The notes: generated by a model from the letters alone, not told the origin. Counted from the first letter of the stretch, positions 1 through 10,569 are shown. The stretch is DNA of 64,000 bases from Promethearchaeia archaeon (GCA_046483985.1 JAWOCD010000085.1:14653-78652); one strand, 5' to 3'. Numbers and translations: made by a program.

Positions 1-306
1 CTGGAGAATCCGTGGTATAAAGATGAATCTGTCGCGGTTCCAAATTCCGGCAACGCTTCCACACCTAAAAAAGAGCCAGAACCCCAACCAGAACCTAAAA
101 AAGAGCCAGAACCCCAACCAGAACCAACATCTCCGGAAATACAAAAGCTCCAAGCGAAATTAACTAAAATTAAAAATATGATCACCGAGTTAGATCAGAA
201 ATTTAAAGAAGGAAAAATTGAACAGAAAGCATTTTTAAAGAAAAAAGATTATCTATCCCAGAAAGCTGGGTCTCTAATGGGGCAGATTGAAAAATTAAAA
301 GGATAA
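1..306 (+). CDS. Partial hypothetical protein (3' end): Pro/Glu linker plus C-terminal helical hairpin (SHOCT/steadiness-box-like)
   Basis: Frame 1 is open from base 1 to TAA at 304-306: LENPWYKD...PKKEPEPQPE x2...KFKEGKIEQKAFLKKK...EKLKG*. Confidence 0.8.
   Translation: MENPWYKDESVAVPNSGNASTPKKEPEPQPEPKKEPEPQPEPTSPEIQKLQAKLTKIKNMITELDQKFKEGKIEQKAFLKKKDYLSQKAGSLMGQIEKLKG
64..123 (+). repeat. Perfect 30-bp tandem duplication (PKKEPEPQPE x2)
   Basis: cctaaaaaagagccagaaccccaaccagaa at 64-93 and 94-123. Confidence 0.95.
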
Positions 307-331
307 AATCTAATTTAAAGTGTAGTTAATT

Positions 332-1618
332 ATGGAAAACAATAGAATTCACCCTTCAAAAGATATTAAAAGTTCAAAGGGGAATTTATTATACGGAAAA
401 AACATCTATCTTTGTATAACTGGATCCGTTGCCTCAATTACTTCGCCTATTATAGCACGTGAGTTAATGAGATATGGGGCAGAGGTTTACCCTGTGATGT
501 CTCCAGCAGCGACCAAATTAATTACTCCTCGATTAATGGAGTGGGCAACCGGTAATGAGACTTTAATTAATATAGGGGGAAAGGTAGAGCATGTCGAAAT
601 TAGCGCCGAAAGACCCGGGAATGCCCCCCATGCAGATTTAATCCTTTTATGTCCGGCTACTGCGAATAGTATATCCAAGATTGCATCTGGAATTACTGAT
701 ACTCCTCCAACATTAATAACTTATACTGCTCTCTCTACAAATGTACCGATTCTTGTAGTACCAGCTATGCATATTTCTATGTATAATTCTATTTTAGAAT
801 CAAATATCCAAAAACTAAAAAAGCTCGGGGTTGAGATTATAGGACCTCGTCTTACGGAAGGCAAAGCCAAAGTTCCCCATGTGGATGATATTGTGGATCG
901 CACCATAGATATAATTGCAGCAGAAAAGGACCTCAAAGGCTATAAGTTTCTTATTACGGGGGGACCTACGCGTCAGTACATCGATGAAATCAGATTCATT
1001 AGCAACGATTCTACTGGGAAAATGGGGATTGAATTAGCAAAAGAAGTAAGAGCGAGGGGGGGAGAGGTGTTATTATTGAACGGAAAATCTAGTGCTTCGG
1101 TCCCGGATTACATCGATCAAATTTCTTGTACTTCAACGGAGGATTTTGTTCGCGTAGTTTCAAAAGAACTCTCCGAAAATAAGTGGGACTTTTTTATATC
1201 CGCAGCAGCAATGTCAGATTATACTCCTACCGAAGAATGTGTATCAGATGGAAAAATCTCCAGTGATAAAGTCAAAGAACTAAATATTTCGTTAAGACTC
1301 ACTCCAAAATTAATCAACCGCGCGGCAAAAATTAACCACAATACTTTTATTATCGGCTTTAAGGCGGAAACAAATGTCTCTAAAAGTGTATTGATTGACC
1401 GGGGATATGAAAGATTGAAAACTTCTGGCATTGATCTTATCGTCTGTAACGATGTTTCTCGGGAGGATATCGGATTTGAAAGCAACTATAATGAAGTCTA
1501 CATTGTCAATAAAGATAAACGAATTGTTCATGTTCCCAAGCGAACAAAAAGGTATGTCGCCTCAAGAATTGTTGATGTGGCGCTTGAAAATTACCGCCTC
1601 AAGCAAGAAAAACAATAG
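332..1618 (+). CDS. coaBC: Phosphopantothenoylcysteine decarboxylase / phosphopantothenate-cysteine ligase
   Basis: ITGSVAS, CPATANSISK and PAMH flavoprotein motifs; ITGGPT, RFISNDSTGKMG, AAMSDY, GFKAET and IVCNDV ligase motifs. Confidence 0.95.
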   Translation: MENNRIHPSKDIKSSKGNLLYGKNIYLCITGSVASITSPIIARELMRYGAEVYPVMSPAATKLITPRLMEWATGNETLINIGGKVEHVEISAERPGNAPHADLILLCPATANSISKIASGITDTPPTLITYTALSTNVPILVVPAMHISMYNSILESNIQKLKKLGVEIIGPRLTEGKAKVPHVDDIVDRTIDIIAAEKDLKGYKFLITGGPTRQYIDEIRFISNDSTGKMGIELAKEVRARGGEVLLLNGKSSASVPDYIDQISCTSTEDFVRVVSKELSENKWDFFISAAAMSDYTPTEECVSDGKISSDKVKELNISLRLTPKLINRAAKINHNTFIIGFKAETNVSKSVLIDRGYERLKTSGIDLIVCNDVSREDIGFESNYNEVYIVNKDKRIVHVPKRTKRYVASRIVDVALENYRLKQEKQ

Positions 1619-1843
1619 ATTTTTATATTCATTCTCCTACCTAATTTTTAAAAATTCTCTTATAAATTTTTACCTAAGAAAAACTTTAAATAAGAATTAA
1701 ATTTTAGTCTTTAATGAAGTAGGAATAGTTACTCAAAAATTAGGTATATAAGACGTGAGATATTGATTTTTACTTCATATTATATTAATTATGATATTGC
1801 TATATATGACAGAAGGTATAAATTATAACTTTAAAAAAAGGAC

Positions 1844-4800
1844 ATGACTACAGAAGACGAAGCTAAGATCAAGCAAGGGAGTATAGCCCAGTTCATGCGT
1901 AAGCGTACGCAATTGGTAGGTTTTGATATGGGATACTGGAAGCATGTACAATATGCTGCCGAGTTTCTTGATAATGCGCTCGATGCCATTGAAGCATACC
2001 AATGGAGACAATTAAAAGAGGATTCTAAATACCAATATTCGCTCGATCAAGAAATCTATTTGGAAAATCTTTCCATTATTCAAGAAGAAAAGAAGGATCA
2101 GAATTCTCAAGACCTCGATAAAGAAGCAAAAGATACCTTAATGCAAGAAGTAGGCATTAAACCCGTTGATGAAGAAGAGGCTCAAAAGCAACCAGAAAAA
2201 ACTGAGGAGGGGGAGGGTATGGTCGTGGAAATGCAAGACGAGATAGAGATCGAGCAAGAGGTGGAAAATATCATTAAGGATATGGAAAGCCTTATCCAGC
2301 CCGTTGAAAACGTAAACCTCATAGATAAAGAGCCAATTGTGATTATCAGGATGACTGAGTCGGAAGCTGCTTCCTTCCTTACAGCAGAAATGAGTACGAA
2401 AAACGTGATGTCCTATAAATTTGAGGTGTTTGATAATGGTGCAGGGATGCCCGAGATTGATTTGGAGAAATTTGGAAAATACCTTGCCTCCTCGAAATCG
2501 TTTCAGCTTAAACAAACCAGAGGCTCTCAAGGTTTTGGAGCGCCGAGTGCATTCAGTGATGCTCAAAATACCACAGGAAAACCCGTTGTAACTGTATCAA
2601 AGTCATTGAATCAAATATACGGGATTATCTCGGAGTTTTTTACTACCTCAAAAAATGAGAAAAAATATTTAATCCCTCCCACCGAAATTGATGCACCTTT
2701 TCTTCATGGAACCTATGTGAAGCTTGAGTTTTTGAATATCAAATATGTGAGGGGGTATGTGGATACATATGTTAAGGAAACTGCCTTAATGAACCCGCAT
2801 GTGACTCTTGTCTATATTGACCCCTATGGGGATGAATACATATTTCCCAGAAAGACCGAATCATTTCCGGACAAGCCAAAATATGCTAAGCCACATCCTT
2901 CTTCTACCAACATTGGAGACCTCCAAGATCTTTTAGCAAAATCAGATAATTTAACAATTTCAGCTTTTCTTCAAGATAATTTTGTCAGAATAAGTAATAA
3001 TACTGCAAAGGAAATATTAGATTTAGCAGAGCGGGATTTACAAGATAAATTAAATTTTCTTTTATTAGACGATGGATATATTGTAAAGGCAGAAAAGAAG
3101 GGAGAAGATATTTATTACGCCCGGGTTGAAAAACGAGTTTATGGAAGATCTAAACGAAAAAGAGATAAATTAATCATATATCAAGTTACTTCAGATTCAT
3201 TATTGGAACTGTATTGGGAAACTATAGACCAATATGATAAATTTAATAAAGAGATTGATAAGATTAAAGAACAGATTAAAAAGAAAAACACAAAAATTGA
3301 AGAGGCCGATACCAAAAAGGCAGCCAGAAAGATTAGAAAAAAGAAGAAAAAATTATTAAAAGAGATAGATGGTATTCGGGACAAGAAAGACAAATTACGC
3401 GCAGATATGAATGAGATTTTTAAGGGCTTGGATGAGGGGATAAAAGAGATCAAAAACAAATCTGAAGTGAATGAAATTTCCGATTTAGTATCGGAAGTAG
3501 AGATAACAGAAACAAGACCCCAAGAATTAAGCAGTGACCAATTTAATTCCTTATTTAGAGCATTTAAATCAGTGAAATACATGTCACCGCCAACGGACAC
3601 CGTAGTCCCTGTAGGTGCCACGATTTTGGAAAATACGATGATTAAGGAATTAGGACTTAAAGTATCTGACAATACTGAAGATTTTGGTCGACCTGTCGAG
3701 GAGGTCCATCCAATTGAAGAAAATATTTTAAAATTCAAAAAAAAGAAATTAAAACGAGAAGATCCGAATTTAACTGAAGATGAATTGGGGGAACTCTCTG
3801 TCGACCATGGAGAAATAGAGAGTTTAAGTACCCAAATTTTGGACTCCTTTTATGAGTTAGAGAATGGGGCTGAAAATGGAGGAAAGGATTTTGGTTCTTC
3901 ATTAACATATTTAATGGATTCCGCAGAAATTGAGGAAAGAGAAAATTATAAGGAAGTTTTTCAATTCTTTACGGAAACTTATACTATGGATGACGATTTT
4001 GTAGGTGGAGAAACGAGAAAACCCACCAGCGGAAAAGGACTTGCTTTTGTTGTGGAAGGGGTTTTAGCTTATTCAAAAAAGAATATTGAGACTCCAAATC
4101 GCTCTCGTGATGTACTTTCAAGATTTGTAAACCGGACACCAAAACTCCGGGATAGTGCTGATTGTGCAATAACTAAGGCTGTGCAGAGCGTGAATTGGAA
4201 AAATTATAACTTGGATTCCTTTGATAATGGATTACCTAAAGGTCCAATCAAACTCCTGGTAAATGTGTCTGGTCCGTTTGTTCACCTGATGTTTAAATCT
4301 CAATCAAAAAATTCTTTGGCAGAAGACGAAAACTTGATGAGTGAAATCAAGTATTGTCTGGAAGCGATTGGAAGGAGATTAAGAGTCTATCTTAACAGAA
4401 GAGCGGAAATTAAGAAAAAGGAAAAACGCGCGAATTTAATTGAAAAATATATTCCCAAATTCGTAGAAAGCATTTATAACATAGCGGAAACAGGCAACAG
4501 TAAATTCACTGAAAAGTTTTCTGAAGAAGATCTCAAAGCCTTGATGAGAAAGGGAATCGGAGGGAAATCCAAACCGGAGAAAGAAGAAGGATTGAAAAAG
4601 AAAACCAAAGAAAAAGTTAAAAGACCCAAAAAGAAAGGTAAGGTTGATTTAGATAATTTAGAGGATCTCACCGTGAAGGAGCTTCGAGCATTGGGGGATA
4701 AACATGATATAAGGCTGAAATCACGACTTCGGAAGGACGAAATTATAGAAAAGATTCAAAAAGAACTCGGTAAACCAGCTAAGGAGGAGAAAGAAAAGAA

Positions 4801-5395
4801 GGAGGCGGAGAGGAAACCTAAGAAAGAGGCGAGGAAAGCCAAGGAGGCCGAAGAGAAGGAAGTTAAAGTTGATTTAGATAATTTAGAGGATCTCACCGTG
4901 AAGGAGCTTCGAACATTGGGGGATAAACATGATATAAGGCTGAAATCACGACTTCGGAAGGACGAAATTATAGAAAAGATTCAAAAAGAACTCGGTAAAC
5001 CAGCTAAGGAGGAGAAAGAAAAGAAAAAGAAAAGGAAACGGGAACCCGTAGAAGTGGTACCCGAAGAAATTAAGAAGGCAAAAGATCGTCTCAAAAGAAT
5101 GAAAGGAAAAGCACCAAAAGAGAAACCAAAAAAGAAACCAAAAAAGAAAGAACCAATTAAACCTCCAAAACCTTCCAAGACCAAACAGACCAAATTGCCG
5201 GCGATAACAGATGAAAAGATACTCTCTGTTCTGAATAACGAGGAGTGGCAAACAATAAAGCATTTAATCTTTAAATTGAAAATCCGGGACATGATGGATG
5301 CCCGTTATCTGCAAATTAAACTAAGAGAGTTAACTCGTAAAGGAAAAGCTTTAGTGGATATTAAGAAAGGAAAAAAACATTGGAAACTAAAATAG
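1844..5395 (+). CDS. top6B: DNA topoisomerase VI subunit B, unusually long (1183 aa) with insertions and C-terminal extension
   Basis: SIAQF...EFLDNALDA N-box, DNGAGM, QTRGSQGFG, HGT, MNPH, KPHP, RFVNRTP and AVQSVNWKNY transducer motifs; adjacent to top6A. Confidence 0.93.
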   Translation: MTTEDEAKIKQGSIAQFMRKRTQLVGFDMGYWKHVQYAAEFLDNALDAIEAYQWRQLKEDSKYQYSLDQEIYLENLSIIQEEKKDQNSQDLDKEAKDTLMQEVGIKPVDEEEAQKQPEKTEEGEGMVVEMQDEIEIEQEVENIIKDMESLIQPVENVNLIDKEPIVIIRMTESEAASFLTAEMSTKNVMSYKFEVFDNGAGMPEIDLEKFGKYLASSKSFQLKQTRGSQGFGAPSAFSDAQNTTGKPVVTVSKSLNQIYGIISEFFTTSKNEKKYLIPPTEIDAPFLHGTYVKLEFLNIKYVRGYVDTYVKETALMNPHVTLVYIDPYGDEYIFPRKTESFPDKPKYAKPHPSSTNIGDLQDLLAKSDNLTISAFLQDNFVRISNNTAKEILDLAERDLQDKLNFLLLDDGYIVKAEKKGEDIYYARVEKRVYGRSKRKRDKLIIYQVTSDSLLELYWETIDQYDKFNKEIDKIKEQIKKKNTKIEEADTKKAARKIRKKKKKLLKEIDGIRDKKDKLRADMNEIFKGLDEGIKEIKNKSEVNEISDLVSEVEITETRPQELSSDQFNSLFRAFKSVKYMSPPTDTVVPVGATILENTMIKELGLKVSDNTEDFGRPVEEVHPIEENILKFKKKKLKREDPNLTEDELGELSVDHGEIESLSTQILDSFYELENGAENGGKDFGSSLTYLMDSAEIEERENYKEVFQFFTETYTMDDDFVGGETRKPTSGKGLAFVVEGVLAYSKKNIETPNRSRDVLSRFVNRTPKLRDSADCAITKAVQSVNWKNYNLDSFDNGLPKGPIKLLVNVSGPFVHLMFKSQSKNSLAEDENLMSEIKYCLEAIGRRLRVYLNRRAEIKKKEKRANLIEKYIPKFVESIYNIAETGNSKFTEKFSEEDLKALMRKGIGGKSKPEKEEGLKKKTKEKVKRPKKKGKVDLDNLEDLTVKELRALGDKHDIRLKSRLRKDEIIEKIQKELGKPAKEEKEKKEAERKPKKEARKAKEAEEKEVKVDLDNLEDLTVKELRTLGDKHDIRLKSRLRKDEIIEKIQKELGKPAKEEKEKKKKRKREPVEVVPEEIKKAKDRLKRMKGKAPKEKPKKKPKKKEPIKPPKPSKTKQTKLPAITDEKILSVLNNEEWQTIKHLIFKLKIRDMMDARYLQIKLRELTRKGKALVDIKKGKKHWKLK
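4643..5025 (+). repeat. 158-bp direct repeat (4643-4800 and 4868-5025, one mismatch) encoding two Rho-N/HeH-like modules in Top6B
   Basis: VDLDNLEDLTVKELR(A/T)LGDKHDIRLKSRLRKDEIIEKIQKELGKPAKEEKEKK occurs twice and the DNA copies are nearly identical. Confidence 0.95.
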
Positions 5396-5413
5396 TTAAA
5401 TTATTGAGGTGTA

Positions 5414-6604
5414 ATGATTATGGCTAAAAAGAAGAATATGGAAAAGTGGGACTTAGAGGCAACTAAAGAACTATTAAAGGAAAAACTGGAGGGAGATGAA
5501 GAAAAAGATGTAAATCTTCCCGAAAATACCGTAAAAATAGATGATCTTAACAGAGAACAAGCGTTAGAGCGTTTATATTCCATCGTAGATGAATTAATAA
5601 AACAAATATATAAACACGGCAGACCAACCGTAAAATTACCATCAAGATCAAGTTCTAATATTATTTGGGATGAAGAGAATGACTTGTTATTACTTGGACA
5701 ACAGATGAAGAAAAAGCATTTTCATTCTCTTACCAGTGTAGAAGATATTACGAGATTGATACGTGTACTAGAAATTATTGATGAATTGTTAGAAAAAGAT
5801 ATGCACGCGACAAAGCGTGAAATTTATTATTCAGACGTAAAATTATTCAAAGATCAAAAGAACAGCGATAGAAGTATAGAGGATGTAGCAACTATGCTCT
5901 ATACTACCAGAAATTCTACCCATGTAGTTGCATCAGCTCGTGGTTCATGTGTGGGACGATTACGGATTCGGGATAAAAATGATATTATCGATTTAGAGCG
6001 TCTAGGTAGTGGAGGGTGGAGTATAAGCCCGATGTTAGATAATATTGAAATCATTGAATCGGATGCGGAATTCATACTTGTTGTGGAGAAAGATGCGGCT
6101 ATGATGCGATTAGCTGAAGCTCGCTTTTGGCGGGATTATCCTTGTATTATCCTCACCGCTCAAGGGGTGGGAAATGTGGCAGTTCGTATGTTTCTAAAAA
6201 GATTAAGTAAAGAACTTAAGCTTCCCGTATTCAGCTTGGTTGATAGTGATCCATATGGGCATTACATCCATAGTGTATATATGAGAGGATCAAAACGGTT
6301 AAGTTATGAAACTCCTTTTTTAGCAACCCCTGATATCAAATTGCTGGGCGTTTTAACCAGAGACTTAGATAAATATAACATTCCAGATAATTGTAGATTA
6401 AAAATGAATAAAAAAGACCTCAAAAGGACCAGAGAAATGCTTGAAGAAGACTTTGTGAAGAATAATGAGAAATGGCAAAAAGATTTAAAATTGGCTTTAG
6501 ACCTAAAAGTAAAAGCTGAGATTCAAGCACTCTCAAATCATGGATTTGAATTTTTAACGGAAGAATATCTCCCCGAAAAACTAACAACGGGTGATTGGAT
6601 ATGA
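5414..6604 (+). CDS. top6A: DNA topoisomerase VI subunit A (Spo11 family)
   Basis: TKREIYY catalytic Tyr, VVEKDA, DSDPYG Toprim, KAEIQAL; GAGGTG SD-like site upstream. Confidence 0.96.
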   Translation: MIMAKKKNMEKWDLEATKELLKEKLEGDEEKDVNLPENTVKIDDLNREQALERLYSIVDELIKQIYKHGRPTVKLPSRSSSNIIWDEENDLLLLGQQMKKKHFHSLTSVEDITRLIRVLEIIDELLEKDMHATKREIYYSDVKLFKDQKNSDRSIEDVATMLYTTRNSTHVVASARGSCVGRLRIRDKNDIIDLERLGSGGWSISPMLDNIEIIESDAEFILVVEKDAAMMRLAEARFWRDYPCIILTAQGVGNVAVRMFLKRLSKELKLPVFSLVDSDPYGHYIHSVYMRGSKRLSYETPFLATPDIKLLGVLTRDLDKYNIPDNCRLKMNKKDLKRTREMLEEDFVKNNEKWQKDLKLALDLKVKAEIQALSNHGFEFLTEEYLPEKLTTGDWI

Positions 6605-7119
6605 GAACATTCCATAAGAAAGACGGAGGCATAGTTCAACTTATTGGAAAAGAAAAAATGGAATCTTGGTCCGTTGAATTACCGCTGATATTTATTGAAT
6701 ATATTCGAAGCAATAAGCTTGAATCATATGATGATGTTAAAAAAGATGTAGAGGCATACCTAGATGAGATTTTGGAAGATGTGGCAATACCGAGATTGAT
6801 TGAAATATTAGAAGGAGATGATAATGAAGAAATTATTGCCGCTCTGGAGAGAATTAAGAATATTGCTGATGAAAACTTGGATATGACAAAACCGATTAAA
6901 CCTTATCTTGAAGATCTTAAGAATAACCAAAACAAAGAAATTAAGGGTATTACTAATGATATCTTAAAGCTATTTGAAAGGGAAAAGCGGCGTAAAGAAC
7001 TAAATAAGCGAAGAAAAGTTATGAAGAAAAAGGAACAACAATTTATGGACGGTAAAATTAGTGCTGAGGAATATGCAAAAGCACGGAAGGATTATATCGA
7101 ATTTAGAGATAATCGATAG
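6601..7119 (+). CDS. Hypothetical protein (HEAT-like helices, coiled coil, SHOCT-like C-terminus), translationally coupled to top6A
   Basis: ATGA overlap with the top6A stop at 6601-6604; IPRLIEIL...IIAALERI helices; GKISAEEY. Confidence 0.8.
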   Translation: MRTFHKKDGGIVQLIGKEKMESWSVELPLIFIEYIRSNKLESYDDVKKDVEAYLDEILEDVAIPRLIEILEGDDNEEIIAALERIKNIADENLDMTKPIKPYLEDLKNNQNKEIKGITNDILKLFEREKRRKELNKRRKVMKKKEQQFMDGKISAEEYAKARKDYIEFRDNR

Positions 7120-7126
7120 GTAATTA

Positions 7127-7807
7127 ATGAAAATGGAATGGAACCAAGACAGATTTGACCAATTTATCATCGAACACCAGGTTATTGGGTTTTTTTCAGA
7201 ATCGATTACCTTAAAATCTGGGAGAGAATCGCATTGGTATGTCAATTGGCGAGATATTGCTGAAGATGTTTATCTGTTAGACAAATTATCTGATTTTGTC
7301 ATATCCTATATTCAGCACAAGGATTTTGATCCCGATTGTTTTTTTGGAGTTCCCGAAGGCGCAACCAAGTTAGGAATTCTCTGTCAGTATAAATGGGCAA
7401 CCTCGAAAGCAGATTACCAAGAAGGGAGGTATGTATTAGCCATGGGAAGAGGTAAGCCAAAGGCACATGGAGAATTAAAGGATCAAAATTACTTGGGGAT
7501 TCCCAGAGGGAAAATCGTAGTTATAGAAGATGTAACCACGACAGGAGGATCTATGTTTTCTACAGTTCAAAATTTATTGGAATTTGACATAAATATTATT
7601 GCTGCAGTCGGACTCACCAATCGAAATGAAATAAGAAGGGATGGAAAATCGGTCAAAGAATTATTCGATGATATTGGCATAGATTATTACGCAATGAGCA
7701 ATGCTATTGACTTGTTACCCAAATTAAATCCCCAACAATCAATAGCTAAAAAGGTTCAAGCTTATTTTGAACAATACGGGACAGAGGGAATTGATTTTCA
7801 TCTCTAA
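7127..7807 (+). CDS. pyrE: Orotate phosphoribosyltransferase
   Basis: TLKSGRESHWYVN, KPKAHG, PRPP-binding VVIEDVTTTGGS. Confidence 0.85.
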   Translation: MKMEWNQDRFDQFIIEHQVIGFFSESITLKSGRESHWYVNWRDIAEDVYLLDKLSDFVISYIQHKDFDPDCFFGVPEGATKLGILCQYKWATSKADYQEGRYVLAMGRGKPKAHGELKDQNYLGIPRGKIVVIEDVTTTGGSMFSTVQNLLEFDINIIAAVGLTNRNEIRRDGKSVKELFDDIGIDYYAMSNAIDLLPKLNPQQSIAKKVQAYFEQYGTEGIDFHL

Positions 7808-7842
7808 CAAAGTTTTATTAATTTCCTAATTAAAATGTTATT

Positions 7843-10467
7843 ATGTTTCTTGCCCTCACTAATTTAAATAAAACCACATTTGAAGATTTTAACGTTAAAC
7901 TCGTTCCATCACCTCTACATATTGCTGAGGTTCATTCTTATTCTTTACAGATCTCCGAAAACTCTCAGTTCATTTCTTCTCTTTCCGAGAATTATCCTTA
8001 TTTTATTGAGATCCTTAATAGTTATCTTGAACGAAGTTCGTTACAAGCCCACCTTTCTCTTAAAAAAGTGACATATGAAAGGGATTTTTCTCAATATGAA
8101 TCACTTATCGAAACGTGTGAGAACAGTTTTCCAGAGGTAAATCTTGATAAAATATCTAGAAGGGATAATTTCAAAGAACAAGGATATCTTCTCGTAGCTC
8201 ATGAAGATTCTATCCTTGTGCAAGCTTTTGAAGCACAAGGACTATTTTATGGTATTCAAACTCTAATTCAAATTCTGCGTTCTTCTCCGGGCGGTATAAC
8301 TATAAATCCTATTCGAATTATAGATTATCCTTTATTGAAAATAAGGGGGGTGTCTGATGATATTTCTCGAGGACAAGCCGCCACTAAGGAGAACTTGAAA
8401 AAATTCATCAAAACCTTGAGCCATTTTAAGATTAACCAATATTATCTCGTTTATATGCAAGACATGTTCCAGTATTCCAATCATCCGCAAATCGGGAAGA
8501 GACGAGGAGCCTACGCTAAAGAAGATATAGAGGAGTTAGTTAAGTATGCCAAAAAGCATTTTGTGGAATTAATTCCCATTTTTAATGCGAACGGACATTG
8601 GGATAATATTCTTTTTTTTCCGGAATATTGGAAATACGGTGAGTTCCCCGCATCTAATAGTTTAAATATCGCGAACGATCAAATCTATAAGTTATTGGAT
8701 GAAATGATTGGCGAACTGAGTCAAGTGTTTACTTCCCCCTATTTTCATATGGGCTCTGACGAAAGTTGGGACGTCGGACAAGGCAGCTCAAAAGATTATG
8801 TTGATCAGTTAGGAATTGCCCAAGCCTATTTAAAACATTACAAGCGCATTTATCAGATCATCAAAAAACACGGATATGACAAGATAATTATCTATCACGA
8901 CATTCTTCATAAATATAAAGATGTGTTAGAGAATTTACCGGAGGATATGATTATCATGTATTGGAGATATACCACTTCCAGGAAACATAAAACCATTGAT
9001 CATATAAAATCTTATGAGTTTCCCGTTATTGTGAGCCCTTCGATAATGGACTATAATCGTCCCTTTCCTGCTTTAACAAAGTCAATGCATAATATTCGAA
9101 ACTTAATTAACTACGGATGGCAAAAAGGAATAATCGGAGAAATTACCTCTGGCTGGGGCGATTATCATAATAAGGAACTACGAGAAAATAGAATTTATGG
9201 TTTTCTCTTTTCCTCAGAATTTGGGTGGAAACCGGATTCAAATAAAAATTTTTCGACATTATGGAATTATATTTTCCTGCATTTTTTTGGCATAGATGAT
9301 AATAGAATTCTACAGATTTTTGACGCTTTTCGAGAGATTCAAGATAAAAAACGGTTAAATGTAACTCCCTCCTTGTTCTATAATCATTTCTTTAGCCATC
9401 CATACGCAAAAAATACATTAATGTATAAAATAACCCGGAAAACTAAGGGATTTGATAAGTTAATAGCAGACCTTAGGAATATTATAAACACTTGTGATAA
9501 ACTTGAACAAAAAGTAAAGAAAAATAAAATAAATCTTAGATATCTTGCATTTGTTGCGGAACAAATGAAATTATATTGTAAAAAGAGGATGAATTCTAAA
9601 AATCTTACCAGAATTAAGCCAGAAAAATTATCAGAAAAAGAGATACGGGATAAAATAAAGGAGATTAGACGGTTAAAAGCAGATTTACTTGATTTAACTC
9701 AGAATTATGAAGACTTATGGAAATTATGTGCTCGAAAACAGGGATTAGACCCAATTTTACGAAAATTTTTCCGGTTATCCCGATTTTATCAGCAAAAAAT
9801 AATCGCCTTAAGAAAAAAAGATCCGTGGAAAAAGCCGTATATTCCCAGCGAAACTATTTATTTAAATGCTAGAAAGATAGATCGAATCCATACTACCTAT
9901 TACTGTAAAGTTATTAACATCCCTCATGATGTAAAAAGTGCGTATATTCAAGTAATGGGGGGTATATTCGCAGAAATTTATGTAAATAAAGAGAAAATTG
10001 GGCATGTGATTACCCGTAATACTTTAAATTACGTCATTTTAGAGCATAACTTGAAACTCTTTTCCATTAAAGAAAATCTTTCAGGGGGTTCGAACATTAT
10101 ATTGATTAAAAATACTGATTTTATTGGGGGTGTCGCCCCCATCAATTTGTATGGAGAAATAATTTTTAATAATGGAAAGAGAGAGATAATTAAAACAGAT
10201 TTAACATGGAAAGCAACCCGAAATCTTCAATCCCTTGAAAATCTTACTTCTTTATCTTTGAATTCTTGGAATAGGGTCCATTCATTCGGTAAACCACCTA
10301 AAGCTACTGGTGGATTAACTTATCCACATTTTGAAAAAAAGATCCGTTCCCATCATAGCGATCTAATGCCCCTCTTAAATTCTGTGATTGCCTCACTTCC
10401 TCGGTTCTTATTTCCTTTCCTTAAACTCGGTGTGAAGATTGTCAATTTTTTCGACATTATTGAGTGA
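7843..10467 (+). CDS. Glycoside hydrolase family 20 (beta-N-acetylhexosaminidase-like) with C-terminal beta-sandwich
   Basis: [38 protein letters not shown] catalytic DE pair; no obvious signal peptide. Confidence 0.9.
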   Translation: MFLALTNLNKTTFEDFNVKLVPSPLHIAEVHSYSLQISENSQFISSLSENYPYFIEILNSYLERSSLQAHLSLKKVTYERDFSQYESLIETCENSFPEVNLDKISRRDNFKEQGYLLVAHEDSILVQAFEAQGLFYGIQTLIQILRSSPGGITINPIRIIDYPLLKIRGVSDDISRGQAATKENLKKFIKTLSHFKINQYYLVYMQDMFQYSNHPQIGKRRGAYAKEDIEELVKYAKKHFVELIPIFNANGHWDNILFFPEYWKYGEFPASNSLNIANDQIYKLLDEMIGELSQVFTSPYFHMGSDESWDVGQGSSKDYVDQLGIAQAYLKHYKRIYQIIKKHGYDKIIIYHDILHKYKDVLENLPEDMIIMYWRYTTSRKHKTIDHIKSYEFPVIVSPSIMDYNRPFPALTKSMHNIRNLINYGWQKGIIGEITSGWGDYHNKELRENRIYGFLFSSEFGWKPDSNKNFSTLWNYIFLHFFGIDDNRILQIFDAFREIQDKKRLNVTPSLFYNHFFSHPYAKNTLMYKITRKTKGFDKLIADLRNIINTCDKLEQKVKKNKINLRYLAFVAEQMKLYCKKRMNSKNLTRIKPEKLSEKEIRDKIKEIRRLKADLLDLTQNYEDLWKLCARKQGLDPILRKFFRLSRFYQQKIIALRKKDPWKKPYIPSETIYLNARKIDRIHTTYYCKVINIPHDVKSAYIQVMGGIFAEIYVNKEKIGHVITRNTLNYVILEHNLKLFSIKENLSGGSNIILIKNTDFIGGVAPINLYGEIIFNNGKREIIKTDLTWKATRNLQSLENLTSLSLNSWNRVHSFGKPPKATGGLTYPHFEKKIRSHHSDLMPLLNSVIASLPRFLFPFLKLGVKIVNFFDIIE

Positions 10468-10569
10468 AAGGAAATAAGATATAATATCTCATTATTTATA
10501 TCAGATTACGCAAAAATTTAAAATTATTTAGATTAATATTATGATAAGAGTAAATTTTGAAATTTTTAG

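Noticed and set aside
2138-5292. Several 60-185 aa minus-strand ORFs within top6B (and similar ones within other long genes)
   Set aside because: Antisense to well-supported genes, with Phe/Ser/Leu-rich composition mirroring Lys/Glu codons and no motifs.
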